Shown here: positions 51,058 through 60,607 of the stretch, piece after piece | Numbering within the stretch: position 1 is the stretch's first letter | How the letters are laid out: each line of letters begins with the position of its first letter | From: an uncultured Chromatiales bacterium | GTDB lineage: Bacteria; Pseudomonadota; Gammaproteobacteria; S012-40 | Reading direction: 5' to 3' | Length of the DNA: 64,000 nucleotides | Assembly (NCBI GenBank): GCA_964442745.1 | Contig: CAYUAI010000005.1 | Coordinates: 44,426-108,425, forward strand | The notes under the pieces: generated by a model | Databases searched by the model: none | The model's input: only the letters and a program-made list of their open reading frames with translations | Told to the model about the DNA's origin: nothing | Position numbers and translations under genes: made by a program

Positions 51058-51810
51058 ATGGCAGTGCTGCGAGAGATTTTGGCTTACACGAATCAATTGC
51101 TCGATATTTCGTCGTTTAATGATTATTGTCCCAATGGCTTGCAGGTGGAGGGGGTTTCTGATGTGCAGAAGATCATTACTGGGGTGACGGCTTCTCAAGC
51201 CTTATTGCAACAAGCGGTGGATCAACAAGCCAATGTGGTATTAGTCCATCATGGTTTTTTTTGGCGAGGAGAAGAGGTAACCATTGTCGGGTTGAAAAAA
51301 CAGAAAATTGCTTTACTCGTTGAAAATGATATTTCTTTAGTGGCTTATCACTTGCCGTTGGATGCGCATACTAAGCTTGGCAATAATGCGCAGCTGGCTA
51401 AACAATTGGGCTTGAGCATTGAAGGGCGATTTGGTGTGGCTCCAAGTGTGGGGATGCATGGCAGTCTATTAACAAAACGTAATGGGCAGGAATTAGCGGA
51501 TCATATTGCGCATACTTTGGGCAGAACTCCGTTATGGGTCGGTGAGGCTGACAAGAGTATTTCATCGGTGGCGTGGTGTACCGGCGCCGCTCAAAACTAT
51601 TTTGGTGAAATAATATCCTTAGGCGTGGATGCCTACATCACGGGTGAGGTGTCTGAGCAAAATTATCATATGGCGTTGGAGACAGGGATCAATTTTTATG
51701 CCGCCGGTCATCATGCGACTGAGCGATACGGTGTGCAGGCGTTGGGTCAGCATTTGGCAGAAGCCTTCATGGTTGAGCACCAATATATCGAATTACCAAA
51801 TCCCATCTGA
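51058..51810 (+). CDS. Nif3-like dinuclear metal protein (YbgI / GTP cyclohydrolase 1 type 2 family)
   Basis: DYCPNGLQVEG, VHHG, YHLPLDAH, AAGHHATERYG; AGGAG RBS before ATG51058. Confidence 0.94.
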   Translation: MAVLREILAYTNQLLDISSFNDYCPNGLQVEGVSDVQKIITGVTASQALLQQAVDQQANVVLVHHGFFWRGEEVTIVGLKKQKIALLVENDISLVAYHLPLDAHTKLGNNAQLAKQLGLSIEGRFGVAPSVGMHGSLLTKRNGQELADHIAHTLGRTPLWVGEADKSISSVAWCTGAAQNYFGEIISLGVDAYITGEVSEQNYHMALETGINFYAAGHHATERYGVQALGQHLAEAFMVEHQYIELPNPI

Positions 51811-51972
51811 AGCCAATTGAGTGGCGCACTTGCATACTCAGTAATCCATTCTATCGACTTTAAATTTTGTTGATAAAAACGCTTGATGGAGGCGATTACT
51901 AACCGATTGTAAAAATAGAATTTGATGGCTTTAGGGGAGAGGCTGAAATTAAAGTACCTATATTGCGCCGGA

Positions 51973-52018
51973 TTTTTGCCCGTCGTTTCCTCGGTCCCGT
52001 GGAAACGACGGGCAAAAA
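51973..52018. repeat. Perfect 18-bp inverted repeat (REP-like); related half-copy at 48960-48989
   Basis: TTTTTGCCCGTCGTTTCC-10 nt-GGAAACGACGGGCAAAAA; T-run precedes and A-run follows, so not a terminator layout. Confidence 0.75.
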
Positions 52019-52262
52019 GACCAGCGAATGGGTATTTTAATCAATGCCTCATTCCTTAGCGACGGTGATGTCTCATTATTATGCAGTAATTTTCTCTCAA
52101 TACGCCTGGGGTTTGCCGCAAAAATATACGGTCAACGTATTCAGGGGAAATAAATATTGTGGCAGAACGTGTTTTATTTTACCTTTACGGGGCTGCGTGT
52201 TTTATTTGGACAGTAGAACAAATACTGTGAGACAGGCTGGGAGGAATAATTGACAATTTTCG

Positions 52263-52292
52263 TTGACAATTTGCTTTAACTTCGTCTAGCAT
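52263..52292 (+). promoter_or_regulatory. Candidate sigma70 promoter of the ACIII operon
   Basis: TTGACA-18 bp-TAGCAT. Confidence 0.45.
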
Positions 52293-52609
52293 CGGTCAGC
52301 ACATCAGCGCTACAACAAGCAAGTATTGATAATTAATCAGAATATGCTGATATTATAGCGCTGTTGAATGATAGGGAGGAACTCTATGTTCAATCGTGTT
52401 GGTATCGACTCATGAATTAAATTTGTTCGTGTGTGCATCAAGTTTTACTTATCTTGCCGAAATTACTATTTGTAATTTTCTGGCGACTTAACATAATTGG
52501 GATTTTCAGGACTCGGCTAAAAACCGGATAAGGTTTTTGGTAGGTTTTTTTTTGAAATTTGTTATGTTTGTTTACCGTAATACATAAACAAATGCTTTGA
52601 GGGTGGGAA

Positions 52610-53257
52610 ATGCATTTTACCAAAATACATCGAGCTTACGCCGCTGGTTGCGGATATTTGTCCCGTTTATTTGAATCGGGTATTAAAAAAACTTCTCTTT
52701 CACTCACGGTCTTAATTGTATTTTGCTTAATGATGCCATTGGTTGTCTTCGCTGAATTGCCCGTGCCGGCGCATATTAAGCCACCGGTGGGTACGCACGT
52801 TGGTGAGGATGTACCACAGCCCATTGAGTTTCCACACGATATTCATACTAAAGTCAATAAGATTAATTGTATGTACTGCCATACCTATGCGCGCCGCAGT
52901 AAAGTGGCTGGCATTCCACCAACCAGCAAATGTTTGGGGTGTCACAAAATCATAGCTACCGACCGCGATCGTATTAAAAAATTGACTGAGTATTGGGACA
53001 AAGGCGAATCACCACGATGGAAAAAAGTGCATGATCTGCCTGACTATGTGCATTTTACCCACGAGAAGCATTTAAAGCGTTTTGTTTTTGATGCGGATTT
53101 TCCGGTGGAAGATGTTGAGCAAGTCTGTGGTTTATGCCATGGGGAAGTGAGAGAGATGACAGTGGCACACAAGGTAAAGCCATTGAATATGGGGTTTTGT
53201 CAGCGCTGTCATGAGGCAAATGGCGGTCCTGGGGATTGCTGGAAGTGCCATAAATAA
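52610..53257 (+). CDS. actA: Alternative complex III pentaheme cytochrome c
   Basis: Five CxxCH (CMYCH, CLGCH, CGLCH, CQRCH, CWKCH); QPIEFPHDIH, AGIP, WKKVHDLPDYVHFTHEKH, PLNMGFC. Confidence 0.92.
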   Translation: MHFTKIHRAYAAGCGYLSRLFESGIKKTSLSLTVLIVFCLMMPLVVFAELPVPAHIKPPVGTHVGEDVPQPIEFPHDIHTKVNKINCMYCHTYARRSKVAGIPPTSKCLGCHKIIATDRDRIKKLTEYWDKGESPRWKKVHDLPDYVHFTHEKHLKRFVFDADFPVEDVEQVCGLCHGEVREMTVAHKVKPLNMGFCQRCHEANGGPGDCWKCHK

Positions 53258-53313
53258 GTGCTTTTAATTAAGAGCTTAATTTATGCGGGATACGCTAATA
53301 AAACACAGGGTGG

Positions 53314-55536
53314 ATGGCTATGAATAGCGTAAAAGTTAATCGTAGAAAATTTTTAAAAATGTTAGGCTGGGGTGGTGCTGGCACAGCGTTAGCTGGCTGT
53401 GATTTGCCCACGACAGTGACCTTGGAAGAAGGTAAAGAGGAAGTTGTTGCCTACGTATTGCCGGAAGAATATGTGATTCCTGGTATTGGCGTCTGGTATG
53501 CTTCAACGTGTATCCAATGTGCTGCCGGCTGTGGTTTGCATGGGCGCGTGCGGGAAGGTCGGGTGCTCAAGGTAGAAGGCCATCCTGATTCACCGATCAA
53601 TCATGGTAAAACGTGCATGATGGGGCAAGCGGGAGTGCAAGCACACTATAATCCGGATCGGATTACGTCGCCGATGATGCGCAAAGCCGGTCGTATGCAA
53701 GCGGTATCCTGGGATGAGGCGCTGGCTGAAATCAACAAAAAGATTGGTGCGGACTCAGACTTGAAAGGCGAGCGGTTTGCTTGGTTTACTGGCAGCGTGA
53801 GTGGGCATCAGGCGGTATTGGTTTCAGACTTAGCCAAGCAATTGGGTGCTGGCGATCACTATGCCCACGAAATGATACACTCAACCGTTTGGCAATCCGT
53901 ATGTCAAGAGATGTTAGGTGATTCAATGCCGCGGCTTCGCTTTGATAAAGCACAAGTTGTTTTATCTTTTGGTGCGGACTTTTTAGGCACTTGGGTTTCA
54001 CCTGTTCACTTTTCGGGAGAATACGCAAAATTTCGATCGGGCGATCGTGGTGTTTTAATCCAAGTCGAACCTAAGATGACGCTCACTGGCGGCAATGCCG
54101 ACCTATGGATGCCTGCCAAGCCGGGGACGGAAGGTGTTTTAGCTTATGGTCTGGCTAATTTTATCATTGACCGTGGTTGGAATAAGGTTCATGTGCCCGA
54201 TGTCATTCGACAATCTTTAGCGCAATATAATGTTGATGCCGTCAGTGAAATAACTGAAATTCCGGTATCGAAAATTAAGCGCATCGCCAGTTTCTTAACG
54301 GAAAGAGCGCCGAGTTTGATCTTGGCCGGCGCGTCAACAGAAGGGCATGAAAATGGTTTTGATGCCGTCTCTGCGGTGATGTTGCTGAATATTATTATGG
54401 GCAACATTGGTGAGACCATCGAACCAGGTAATCACTTTCCTGAAGCGAGTTTGCATGCCAAGCCAGGTAACACCAAGAGCGTTATTGATTTTGCCAAGGC
54501 CGTGAGTGAAAAAGCCTATGACGTGGTTTTCTTTTATGGCAGCAATCCGGTGTTTACCGCGCCGAAAACGCTGGGTCTTAGTGATAGCTTAGAGACGGTT
54601 CCCTTTAAGGTTGCATTTGCTCAGTTTCCTGATGAAACCACCATGAAAGCCGATGTGATTTTACCGATTTTTTCTAACATGGAAGATTGGGGTTCGCATG
54701 TGGCGGCGTATCAGGCGAATGAGACGATCATAAGTTTACAGCAGCCGTTGATGGAGCCACTTTATAAGGAAACCCGAGGTTTTGGTGATGTGATCTTGAG
54801 TCTTCTGCAGATGCGCGATAAGGAATATGGTAATTTCAAAGATTACTATGCGTATTTAGTCGCGGCAATGACCAATATGCCTGGGGCTGATGTGGCTGAT
54901 ACGCCAAGAGCGAAGCAAGATTACTGGGAGAATGTATTGCAGCATGGGCAAGTGAAAGTATCGCCGATGCAAAACAAGTTACGGCCGAAAATGCTAGTGG
55001 CAAATTTGAAGGCATCGTCAGATACCGGTGAATATAGTATGCATTTAGCGCCTTCGGCACGCCTGGGACTTTGGGATGGGCGGCACGCCAATCTTCCTTG
55101 GTTACAGGAAGCGCCAGACCAAATTAGCAAAGTGGTGTGGGGTTCTTGGGCAGAGTTGCATCCGAGTACCGCCGGTAAGTTGGGTGTGAAGAACGGTGAT
55201 TACGTGATGATATCATCAGAGAATGGCTCGATTGAAACGCAAGTTTATGTGCATAAAGGGATTCGTCAGGATGTGGTTTCCGTGCCCATGGGGCAGGGCC
55301 ATGAGGAATACGGGCGTTATGCGAAAAATCGGGGTGTGAGCCCTTTTACCATACTCTCAGCAAAAACCGAGCAAAAAACCGGAGAGCTGGCGTTATATGC
55401 CACCAAGGTGAAAGTAGCTAAGGTTAGGAAATCTGAAGTATTGGTGAAAATGGGAGGGAGTGAAACCCAGCTGGGACGTAAACTGGTTCAGACGGTTTCT
55501 GCTGACAGTTTGCGGCGTAGCGAAGGGGAGGTGTAA
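53314..55536 (+). CDS. actB1: ACIII subunit B1, molybdopterin-oxidoreductase-like; predicted Tat lipoprotein
   Basis: NRRKFLK Tat motif + LAGC lipobox; CIQCAAGC...C; GADFLGTW; DGRHANLPWLQEAPD signature of ActB. Confidence 0.88.
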   Translation: MAMNSVKVNRRKFLKMLGWGGAGTALAGCDLPTTVTLEEGKEEVVAYVLPEEYVIPGIGVWYASTCIQCAAGCGLHGRVREGRVLKVEGHPDSPINHGKTCMMGQAGVQAHYNPDRITSPMMRKAGRMQAVSWDEALAEINKKIGADSDLKGERFAWFTGSVSGHQAVLVSDLAKQLGAGDHYAHEMIHSTVWQSVCQEMLGDSMPRLRFDKAQVVLSFGADFLGTWVSPVHFSGEYAKFRSGDRGVLIQVEPKMTLTGGNADLWMPAKPGTEGVLAYGLANFIIDRGWNKVHVPDVIRQSLAQYNVDAVSEITEIPVSKIKRIASFLTERAPSLILAGASTEGHENGFDAVSAVMLLNIIMGNIGETIEPGNHFPEASLHAKPGNTKSVIDFAKAVSEKAYDVVFFYGSNPVFTAPKTLGLSDSLETVPFKVAFAQFPDETTMKADVILPIFSNMEDWGSHVAAYQANETIISLQQPLMEPLYKETRGFGDVILSLLQMRDKEYGNFKDYYAYLVAAMTNMPGADVADTPRAKQDYWENVLQHGQVKVSPMQNKLRPKMLVANLKASSDTGEYSMHLAPSARLGLWDGRHANLPWLQEAPDQISKVVWGSWAELHPSTAGKLGVKNGDYVMISSENGSIETQVYVHKGIRQDVVSVPMGQGHEEYGRYAKNRGVSPFTILSAKTEQKTGELALYATKVKVAKVRKSEVLVKMGGSETQLGRKLVQTVSADSLRRSEGEV

Positions 55537-55538
55537 CA

Positions 55539-56384
55539 ATGTCTTTTAAAAATATTATAGAGAACTTTTCGCATTACCGTAGAGATGCTGAGGACGGTGG
55601 TCATCACGATTATGAGCATCGCTGGGGGATGGCTATTGATCTTAATCTGTGTACTGGCTGTAATGCGTGTTCGACGGCGTGTTATGCGGAAAATAATTTG
55701 GCCGTGGTTGGTAAAGAGCGCTTTGAAAAAGGTCAGGCGATGCACTGGATGCGCATTGAGCGTTATTGGGATGAGCATAGTGATAGTGATTATCCCGAGC
55801 AGGGTGCGCAATTTTTGCCAATGATGTGTCAACAATGTGGTGCGGCGACTTGCGAACCTGTTTGTCCCGTGGCGGCGACCTATCATACGCCTGATGGGTT
55901 GAATGCACAGGTTTATAATCGCTGTATCGGGTCTCGTTATTGTAGTAATAACTGTCCTTTCCGGGTTCGCTATTTTAATTTCTGGTCGTATTATGAAGAT
56001 TCATGGCCAGAGCCTCTGGAGCAGCAGTTAAACCCTGATTTGTCGGTACGCGACAAAGGTGTGATGGAAAAATGCACTTTCTGCATTCAGCGAATTCGCG
56101 TGGCAAAAGATAAAGCGGGACGGGAGGATCGCTTGCTCTCCGATGGTGAGTTCTCGACAGCGTGTGCTCAGGCCTGCCCAACCAGTGCGATTACCTTTGG
56201 CGATACCATGGATCCTACCAGTCAGGTGAGCCAGGCTTGGAAAAAGCATCAAGTGGCGCGTGGTCCTTATACACAAAAGAAAGAGAAAGATGACGCCGAG
56301 TTGCGTGGGTATCGCATTTTTGAAGAATTAAATGTGGATCCCTCCGTGATGTATTTGGAGCGTATACGAGAAACTGAAGTATAA
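55539..56384 (+). CDS. actB2: ACIII subunit B2, iron-sulfur protein (three [4Fe-4S] + one [3Fe-4S] pattern)
   Basis: WGMAIDLNLCTGCNACSTACYAENN, CQQC..CEPVCP, RCIGSRYCSNNCP, GVMEKCTFC, TACAQACP. Confidence 0.92.
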   Translation: MSFKNIIENFSHYRRDAEDGGHHDYEHRWGMAIDLNLCTGCNACSTACYAENNLAVVGKERFEKGQAMHWMRIERYWDEHSDSDYPEQGAQFLPMMCQQCGAATCEPVCPVAATYHTPDGLNAQVYNRCIGSRYCSNNCPFRVRYFNFWSYYEDSWPEPLEQQLNPDLSVRDKGVMEKCTFCIQRIRVAKDKAGREDRLLSDGEFSTACAQACPTSAITFGDTMDPTSQVSQAWKKHQVARGPYTQKKEKDDAELRGYRIFEELNVDPSVMYLERIRETEV

Positions 56385-56513
56385 GCCGGCGATCAAAATT
56401 ATTTTAACATTGACTCGCCTATTTCCCGCCCTTTGGCGTGACAGCTTCGCTGTGCCTTGAAGGGCAAAAAATAGGCTTCGCAAATTTTGTTACAATAATT
56501 TTAGGCTCGCTTA
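56382..56513. repeat. 132-bp imperfect palindrome (MITE-like) between actB2 and actC
   Basis: Nested arms taagc..aaaattatt.taaca / tgtta.aataatttt..gctta; gcctattt / aaataggc; gccctt / aagggc; acagc / gctgt. Confidence 0.75.
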
Positions 56514-56563
56514 CTTAGTTTGAGTGTTTAGGGCATGGGTTAGATAAACAGATAGGGAACACC

Positions 56564-57994
56564 ATGAGTCTCGATAATGAAAAAGATATAAACGAAAACC
56601 TGAAATGGTCTCGGATTAATGAGGACATTCTTCGTTCAATGGAGAATCCTCGCCGAGCCTATTGGGTCACTTTTATTGTTTGTTCGGCAATGTTTGCATG
56701 TGCCATTGCTGCGGAAATTTATCAGTACAGATATGGGATGGGAAGCGCCAATTTAAATAACCCACACATGTGGGATATGTATATTGCGACCTTCGTATTT
56801 TGGATTGGTATGAGCCATGCGGGCACCTTGTTGTCAGCCATTTTGCATATTATCAACGCCCAATGGCGTAAGCCCATCTATCGCTTTGCAGAAGCCATGA
56901 CGACATTCTCGTTGATGACGGCGGGTTTCTTCCCGATGATCCATTTGGGTCGGGTATGGAATCTCTATTGGGTGCTTCCTTATGTGAGTGATCGTGGAAT
57001 CTGGCCGAATTTTCGCTCACCGTTGGTGTGGGACGCCTTCGCGATCAGTACTTATCTGTCAGCATCAGCATTATTCTTGTTCATTGGCATGATTCCTGAT
57101 TTAGCGATTGCTCGTGATCATGGTCGGGGATGGCGCAAGAAAGTCTATGGCATTCTGTCCTTAGGGTGGCGTGGTGATGATCGTCAATGGCGAAATTTCC
57201 GTAAAACCTATTTGCTGATGGCGTGTTTTTTGATTCCATTAGCGATCTCGGTGCATTCCATCGTATCCTCCGATTTTGCGATGTCCATTATGCCGGGCTG
57301 GCATATTACAACCTTTCCTCCTTACTTTGTGGCTGGCGCCTTATATTCAGGTTGTGCGGCGATCATGACGCTCTTCATTTGTTTGCGATATTTTTTCCGC
57401 ATGGAAGAATACATGACCCTGTCGATCATGGAAAAAACATGTAAGTTGACGTTTGCAATTGCCATGGTTTGGACATACCTCAACCTGGTTGAATTTGCAG
57501 CCACTTGGTATGGCCATAATATGTATGACAAAGAGTTGTTAATTGCTAAAGCAGTCGGGCCATACTCGTTTATTTTCTGGACGATGCTATTTTGTGGGGT
57601 CGTTGCGCCGTTTGCGCTGTGCTTCAGGAAACTGAGGCGGCACATGCCAAGTATGTTTGTGTTATCGATTGTCTTGCAGGTCGGTATGTTTGTTGAGCGA
57701 TGGATGATTGTTGCTCCGACACTCGCAATGTCACATCAACCGTTTCAGCATGATGTGATGTGGGGGAGTGTCATTGAATGGGCGATTGTGTTTGGTAGTT
57801 TTGGTTGGTTTGGTATCTTGTTCCTCGTGTTTGTGAAGATCTTTCCATGTGTATCAATGTATGAAGTGAAAGAGCTGGTTTATCACATTAAGCGTGAAAG
57901 CGAAGCGGAAGAGCAAGCTGAAAAAAGTAAAAGTACCAAAACAGCGACGGGTGAAGACAAACCCACCGGTTCACCTGGAATGGAGGGAGCGTAA
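56564..57994 (+). CDS. actC: ACIII subunit C (NrfD/PsrC-family quinol-binding membrane subunit)
   Basis: FVFWIGMSHAGTLLSAIL, RFAEAMT, IHLGRVW, NFRSPLVWDAFAISTY, VHSIVSSDFA, FPPYFVAGA. Confidence 0.94.
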   Translation: MSLDNEKDINENLKWSRINEDILRSMENPRRAYWVTFIVCSAMFACAIAAEIYQYRYGMGSANLNNPHMWDMYIATFVFWIGMSHAGTLLSAILHIINAQWRKPIYRFAEAMTTFSLMTAGFFPMIHLGRVWNLYWVLPYVSDRGIWPNFRSPLVWDAFAISTYLSASALFLFIGMIPDLAIARDHGRGWRKKVYGILSLGWRGDDRQWRNFRKTYLLMACFLIPLAISVHSIVSSDFAMSIMPGWHITTFPPYFVAGALYSGCAAIMTLFICLRYFFRMEEYMTLSIMEKTCKLTFAIAMVWTYLNLVEFAATWYGHNMYDKELLIAKAVGPYSFIFWTMLFCGVVAPFALCFRKLRRHMPSMFVLSIVLQVGMFVERWMIVAPTLAMSHQPFQHDVMWGSVIEWAIVFGSFGWFGILFLVFVKIFPCVSMYEVKELVYHIKRESEAEEQAEKSKSTKTATGEDKPTGSPGMEGA

Positions 57995-58524
57995 TGAGTG
58001 AGCGTAATGTGCTTGCCATGTTTGATAATTTCGATGATGCGATTGATGTCATTAACGGAATAAAAAAACATGAGGTAGCGGGTGTTGATATTGACGATGT
58101 GACAGTTTTATCACCGATTGAACATCCCGATATTGATGACATTCTCGAAGGACGGCCGGTGAATATTCAGAAATTTACCTTTGCCGGTGCCTTGTTTGGT
58201 CTATCGTTCGGGTTTTTATTTCTGGCTTCTGCGCAGGCCAGCTTTCTGGTGCAGCCGCAAGGAGGTAAGCCTGTTATTCCATTGCCTACCAACTTTGTCT
58301 TGATGTATGAAATGCTGATTTTCTTTGCGGTGTGGACCACGGTTATCACATTTACCGTGATGGCGGGTTTATTTAAATCGCGAGGCAATTTATATACAGA
58401 GCGATTGACGGTGGATGGCGTCGGGATCTTGATCGAAGGGCTCGATGAAAGCAAACTAGGCCCCTTGAAAAGCTACTTCAAGGATAATAAGGCCATCGAA
58501 ATTCGAGAAGAGAAAGCAAAATGA
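57994..58524 (+). CDS. actD: ACIII subunit D (DUF3341)
   Basis: VLAMFD, LSPI, two TM helices flanking GGKP, YEMLIFF; position after actC. Confidence 0.85.
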   Translation: MSERNVLAMFDNFDDAIDVINGIKKHEVAGVDIDDVTVLSPIEHPDIDDILEGRPVNIQKFTFAGALFGLSFGFLFLASAQASFLVQPQGGKPVIPLPTNFVLMYEMLIFFAVWTTVITFTVMAGLFKSRGNLYTERLTVDGVGILIEGLDESKLGPLKSYFKDNKAIEIREEKAK

Positions 58525-59069
58525 GAATGAAAGATGTAACTTTCGTTGTTGCTTTGGCGATCACGCCCACGCTCGCGTTTGCGTGGCCTTGGTCTCAAGA
58601 TATGATGAATCAACCCAGCATCAAACCTCAGGAAGGGCCGCCAGCGGCTTTTCCTGCTCGGTCGATTCCTACCACAGGACAACCCACTAAGGTGAAAGAT
58701 CGACAAGAGGCGGAAAGTTTAGATAATCCGATGGCAGTGAGCGAAGCCTCACTCAAGCAAGGGCGAACGCTATATCGCATCATTTGCAGTGCTTGTCATG
58801 GTTTGACAGGTAAAGCCGATGCCCCTGTGGGTTTAAAAATGGGGGCGATTGACTTAACCAGCGAGTATGTGCAAACCAATTTAACGGAGGGTTGGATTTA
58901 CGGGACAATCACTTTTGGTGGCGCCATCATGCCAGCTTATGGTCGCCCTTCTCGGGAGAGTGGAGGGTCTAACGATCTGACGCCGGAAGAACGTTGGCAT
59001 GTTGTCAACTATGTGAGAAATGGCTTGGTAAAAGAATCAGCGCAAACCAGTCAGGCGAGCGCCCAATAA
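58521..59069 (+). CDS. actE: ACIII subunit E, monoheme cytochrome c
   Basis: DMMNQPSIKPQE, single CSACH, IMPAY, ERWHVVNYVR. Confidence 0.88.
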   Translation: MRMKDVTFVVALAITPTLAFAWPWSQDMMNQPSIKPQEGPPAAFPARSIPTTGQPTKVKDRQEAESLDNPMAVSEASLKQGRTLYRIICSACHGLTGKADAPVGLKMGAIDLTSEYVQTNLTEGWIYGTITFGGAIMPAYGRPSRESGGSNDLTPEERWHVVNYVRNGLVKESAQTSQASAQ

Positions 59070-59091
59070 TTAACAAAGGGTAGGAATTAAT

Positions 59092-60129
59092 ATGGAAGGG
59101 TTTGGAAGCTGGTCGGTACTCACGACTAATTTTCTAATCGTCCTATACATTGCTTTGAACGGGGTCACTTTAGCGGCCCTCGTTCACTTAGCGAATGGAA
59201 AATGGCGATTTAAATTTCGTTACTTAGCGTGCTCGTTAGCAGCATTATTTCCCGTAGCGTTTGTCTTGTTGATTATTTTGCTCCTCAATGGGGAATCAAC
59301 ATTTCAGTGGTTAGCACATGCCCACGATGCCGATGCGCATTTACCCGGTTGGCATAACTATACTTTTCTGGTGACACGCCAAATCGTTGGTTTTTTCGTG
59401 ATCGCAGGGTTGTATGGTTTATTCATTAAACACCAGTATTTGGCAACCATTGATCCATCCTATAGTGCGCAACGCCAGTTCCGCAATATTGCATTATTAA
59501 TTCCTTTTGGTTATGTGCTTTATGCAACGATGGTGGCCTGGGATTTCGAGATGACCATGGTGCCAAATTGGCATAGTGCAAGCTATGGCGTTTATCATTT
59601 TATTAGTAACTTCCATTTCTTCCTGGCATTTTTTGCCATCTTCCTATTTGTGTTGGTGGGGACTGGGCGATTACGCAAGGAAGTGCCGCACTATGTGTTT
59701 AACTTTCTCGCACAAATGATGTTGGCATTCACCATTTTGTGGACCTACTTTTTCTTTACCCAATACCTGATTATGTGGTATGGGCGATTGCCGGAGGAGA
59801 TTGGGCGATTTGATAACATGATGGACTATGGTTTAGGGCCGATTTGGTGGACGTTTGTGACATTGAAATTCATTATTCCGTTATGTGCACTGATTTTCAC
59901 GTACAATCGACATACGCCAAAGGTGATTGTAATAATCGCCGCCAGTATTTGTTTGGGCACTTGGTTAGAGCGTTATACCTGGATTTCTGGTTCAATCGAT
60001 CCACAGTTCTACCATATCCCCATGAGTTCAGGCTTTGATTGGATCGTGACATTGATCGTCTTTGGGGTGGCATTTGCTGCCGTGCGCTGGTCAGTCTACA
60101 AGTATGGTTTGTTGAAATCTCCAACATGA
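59092..60129 (+). CDS. actF: ACIII subunit F (ActC paralogue, membrane)
   Basis: WDFEMTMVPNWHSASYG, LWTYFFFTQYLIMWYGRLPEE, WLERY. Confidence 0.87.
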   Translation: MEGFGSWSVLTTNFLIVLYIALNGVTLAALVHLANGKWRFKFRYLACSLAALFPVAFVLLIILLLNGESTFQWLAHAHDADAHLPGWHNYTFLVTRQIVGFFVIAGLYGLFIKHQYLATIDPSYSAQRQFRNIALLIPFGYVLYATMVAWDFEMTMVPNWHSASYGVYHFISNFHFFLAFFAIFLFVLVGTGRLRKEVPHYVFNFLAQMMLAFTILWTYFFFTQYLIMWYGRLPEEIGRFDNMMDYGLGPIWWTFVTLKFIIPLCALIFTYNRHTPKVIVIIAASICLGTWLERYTWISGSIDPQFYHIPMSSGFDWIVTLIVFGVAFAAVRWSVYKYGLLKSPT

Positions 60130-60154
60130 CAAGGCATTGAATGAACACATTATG

Positions 60155-60184
60155 GGCGGATAGGGTAACCTATCCGCCTTTTTT
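60155..60184 (+). terminator. Intrinsic terminator closing the ACIII operon
   Basis: GGCGGATAGG-gtaa-CCTATCCGCC followed by a T-run. Confidence 0.9.
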
Positions 60185-60236
60185 GTCGGTGACGTTAAGC
60201 TGTTTTTTTTTGCTCAGTTTGTTCGCGTTGTGGTGA

Positions 60237-60264
60237 GGAGGTTTTCCATTCTCGGGCAGGCTCC
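60237..60264. repeat. 28-bp hairpin repeat family B, copy 2
   Basis: GGAGGTTTTCCATTCTCGGGCAGGCTCC. Confidence 0.7.
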
Positions 60265-60341
60265 TTGTGGTTGAGCAAGTATTCACCTCTCTTTTTATAA
60301 AATAAATTTAAATAGATATCCTATCAAGCTCGCCTATTTGC

Positions 60342-60524
60342 TATACTCAGCACGGTTATAAAATGGGGTTTTCGTGCCCAGATTTGGGCTAGATTGAATC
60401 GATCTGATGGCATAAAGCCGCAAGAATCGTTGTTCTATTCTGAGGACTTTGTAACGGAAGGTCGGTCATAATATCGCCTGAAAATGGGAGGCGAAAATGA
60501 TAGTTTATGGCCGTGCTGAGTATA
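60342..60524. mobile_element. MITE family A, apparently complete 183-bp copy
   Basis: Terminal inverted repeats TATACTCAGCACGG(TT)ATAAA / TTTAT(GG)CCGTGCTGAGTATA, TA at both ends, no coding capacity. Confidence 0.8.
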
Positions 60525-60607
60525 TATTTACGATAATCTACATTTTGTTGCCAAAACGGTTATAATTTGTGTCGATGTAACTTTGTATCTTTAGGAGATG
60601 TTTTAAA

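Noticed and set aside
51973-52018. Intrinsic terminator for nif3
   Set aside because: T-run precedes and A-run follows the stem, so neither strand has a U-tract after the hairpin
52326-52340. FNR- or Fur-like site upstream of ACIII (TTGATAATTAATCAG)
   Set aside because: Spacing is N5 rather than N4 and the Fur match is poor; better explained as part of the leader hairpin
52386-52415. uORF as a remnant of the displaced petA
   Set aside because: Nine residues only, no RRxFL Tat motif in the following frame; unsupported
53314-57994. Polysulfide/tetrathionate reductase or Qrc complex
   Set aside because: Presence of ActD, ActE and ActF homologues and ActB/ActC signatures fits ACIII better
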